From: Bacteroidia bacterium
Lineage (GTDB): Bacteria; Bacteroidota; Bacteroidia; UBA10329
Length of the DNA: 40,976 bases
Reading direction: 5' to 3'
Assembly (NCBI GenBank): GCA_047614525.1
Contig: JBLHEU010000003.1
Coordinates: 1-40,976, forward strand
Part shown: piece by piece, positions 39,816-40,976 of the stretch
Layout: each line of letters starts with the position of its first letter
Numbering within the stretch: the first letter of the stretch is position 1
Position numbers and translations under genes: made by a program
Notes under the pieces: model-generated
The model's input: only the letters and a program-made list of their open reading frames with translations
Databases searched by the model: none
Told to the model about the DNA's origin: nothing

Positions 39816-39861
39816 GAAAAGGCGGTAATTGCAACCAAAGGGTGGCATTTACCGCCTTTTC
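39816..39861. terminator. Strong hairpin / possibly bidirectional terminator
   Basis: GAAAAGGCGGTAATTGCAACC-aaag-GGTGGCATTTACCGCCTTTTC. Confidence 0.7.
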
Positions 39862-39998
39862 TAAAATCTAACCAAGTCTCGTACTTAGAATGATTAGCAC
39901 TCGGTTGGAGAAATGTCGCTAAATAATCTGCTATTTGTAAATACCTTGAGCGACCTTAAAATCACAACCAAGGGAGATATGTTTTTACACTTTCAAGC

Positions 39999-40442
39999 AT
40001 GCAAATACTAGGTAGAGTTGATATTGCTGATTTTGAAGAGTTTGAGTTGGAAGATATCAAACTCAAAATGGATACTGGCGCCTATACTTCTTCCATACAT
40101 ACGCATGATATTCAGGAAGTTGAATTAGACGGGGAAAAGTACATTGAGTTCAAATTATTGGACCCTTCGCATCCGCTGTATCAAGATCGGGTATTCAGGA
40201 CTAGGGATTTCAAGCAGAAAAAAGTTAAAAGCTCGTTTGGTACTGTTGAAGAACGGTATGTAATTGAAACTACCATCACTATTTTTGATAAGGTGTATCC
40301 GATTCAGCTATCGCTGAGTGAAAGGGGAAATATGAAGTATCCAATACTTATGGGTAGACGGTTTTTGAATAAAAAATTCATAGTAGATACCTCATTGAAA
40401 AACGTTTCTTACAAACTGAAAACATCGAATCCATCGATTTAA
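39999..40442 (+). CDS. RimK-associated putative protease (RimB-like / 'ATP-dependent zinc protease' family)
   Basis: [24 protein letters not shown] and [12 protein letters not shown] motifs; directly upstream of rimK. Confidence 0.9.
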   Translation: MQILGRVDIADFEEFELEDIKLKMDTGAYTSSIHTHDIQEVELDGEKYIEFKLLDPSHPLYQDRVFRTRDFKQKKVKSSFGTVEERYVIETTITIFDKVYPIQLSLSERGNMKYPILMGRRFLNKKFIVDTSLKNVSYKLKTSNPSI

Positions 40443-40452
40443 AATTATAGTT

Positions 40453-40976
40453 ATGAAAATTGCTGTTCTTTCCAGAAACCCCAATCTGTATTCTACTAAA
40501 CGTTTAATAGAGACTGGTACGAAACGCGGACATGAAATGCTGATTGTAGATCATTCTAAATGTGACATCGTTATTGAGAAAAAGCGACCGCATATTATGT
40601 ACAAGGGTAAAGAGCTAACAGGAATAGACGCGGTTATTCCAAGAATTGGGGCATCTATTACGTTCTATGGCACTGCTGTGTTGCGTCAGTTTGAAATGAT
40701 GAAGGTGTTTACCGCTGTTGAATCTGTTGCGTTGGGCAGGTCTAGAGATAAGCTGAGAAGTCTTCAGATTCTATCTCGTGCTGGATTAGGAATGCCTAAA
40801 ACAGCTTTTACCAATTACTCGAAAAACGTTTCTGAGGTAATACAGCAGGTAGGAGGTGCTCCAGTGGTTATTAAACTGCTAGAAGGAACGCAAGGAGTAG
40901 GTGTGGTATTGGCGGAAACTGACCAAGCGGCAGAGTCTGTACTTGAGGCGTTTAATGGGCTGCAAGCTAGGGTTAT
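40453..40976 (+). CDS. rimK: RimK alpha-L-glutamate ligase, N-terminal part (runs off the right edge; not in the ORF track)
   Basis: Manual translation gives [18 protein letters not shown]...[25 protein letters not shown]...[12 protein letters not shown]...[17 protein letters not shown]. Confidence 0.95.
   Translation, partial: MKIAVLSRNPNLYSTKRLIETGTKRGHEMLIVDHSKCDIVIEKKRPHIMYKGKELTGIDAVIPRIGASITFYGTAVLRQFEMMKVFTAVESVALGRSRDKLRSLQILSRAGLGMPKTAFTNYSKNVSEVIQQVGGAPVVIKLLEGTQGVGVVLAETDQAAESVLEAFNGLQARV

Overview
This is a chromosomal window from a Bacteroidota bacterium, probably a Flavobacteriales-type organism. The assignment is inferred from porX, the fused lpxC-fabZ, T9SS C-terminal sorting domains and recurrent TAnnTTTG promoter elements. 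The left end is conserved core (ald N-terminus, tsaE, porX, HD hydrolase, lpxD, lpxC-fabZ, lpxA, ABC ATPase, msrB). The middle mixes housekeeping genes (htpG, ABC-F, helicase, phhA, USP, CDF) with accessory genes, and the right end carries a RimK-associated protease and the start of rimK. The strongest lead is a PAS / MbnP / di-heme MbnH / T9SS-secreted YHYH cluster with no methanobactin synthesis genes, possibly a secreted copper system. The second is a GNAT resembling plant HOOKLESS1, divergent from an acyl-CoA dehydrogenase across a palindrome that recurs near a chalcone-isomerase-fold gene. Other leads are a His/Cys-repeat lipoprotein, a second ACAD flanked by direct repeats, a sigma54-like htpG promoter, two REP-like palindrome families and a decayed type IIG R-M tail. 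No rRNA, tRNA, CRISPR array or intact transposase was seen. All family calls come from motif recognition by eye, not from database searches.
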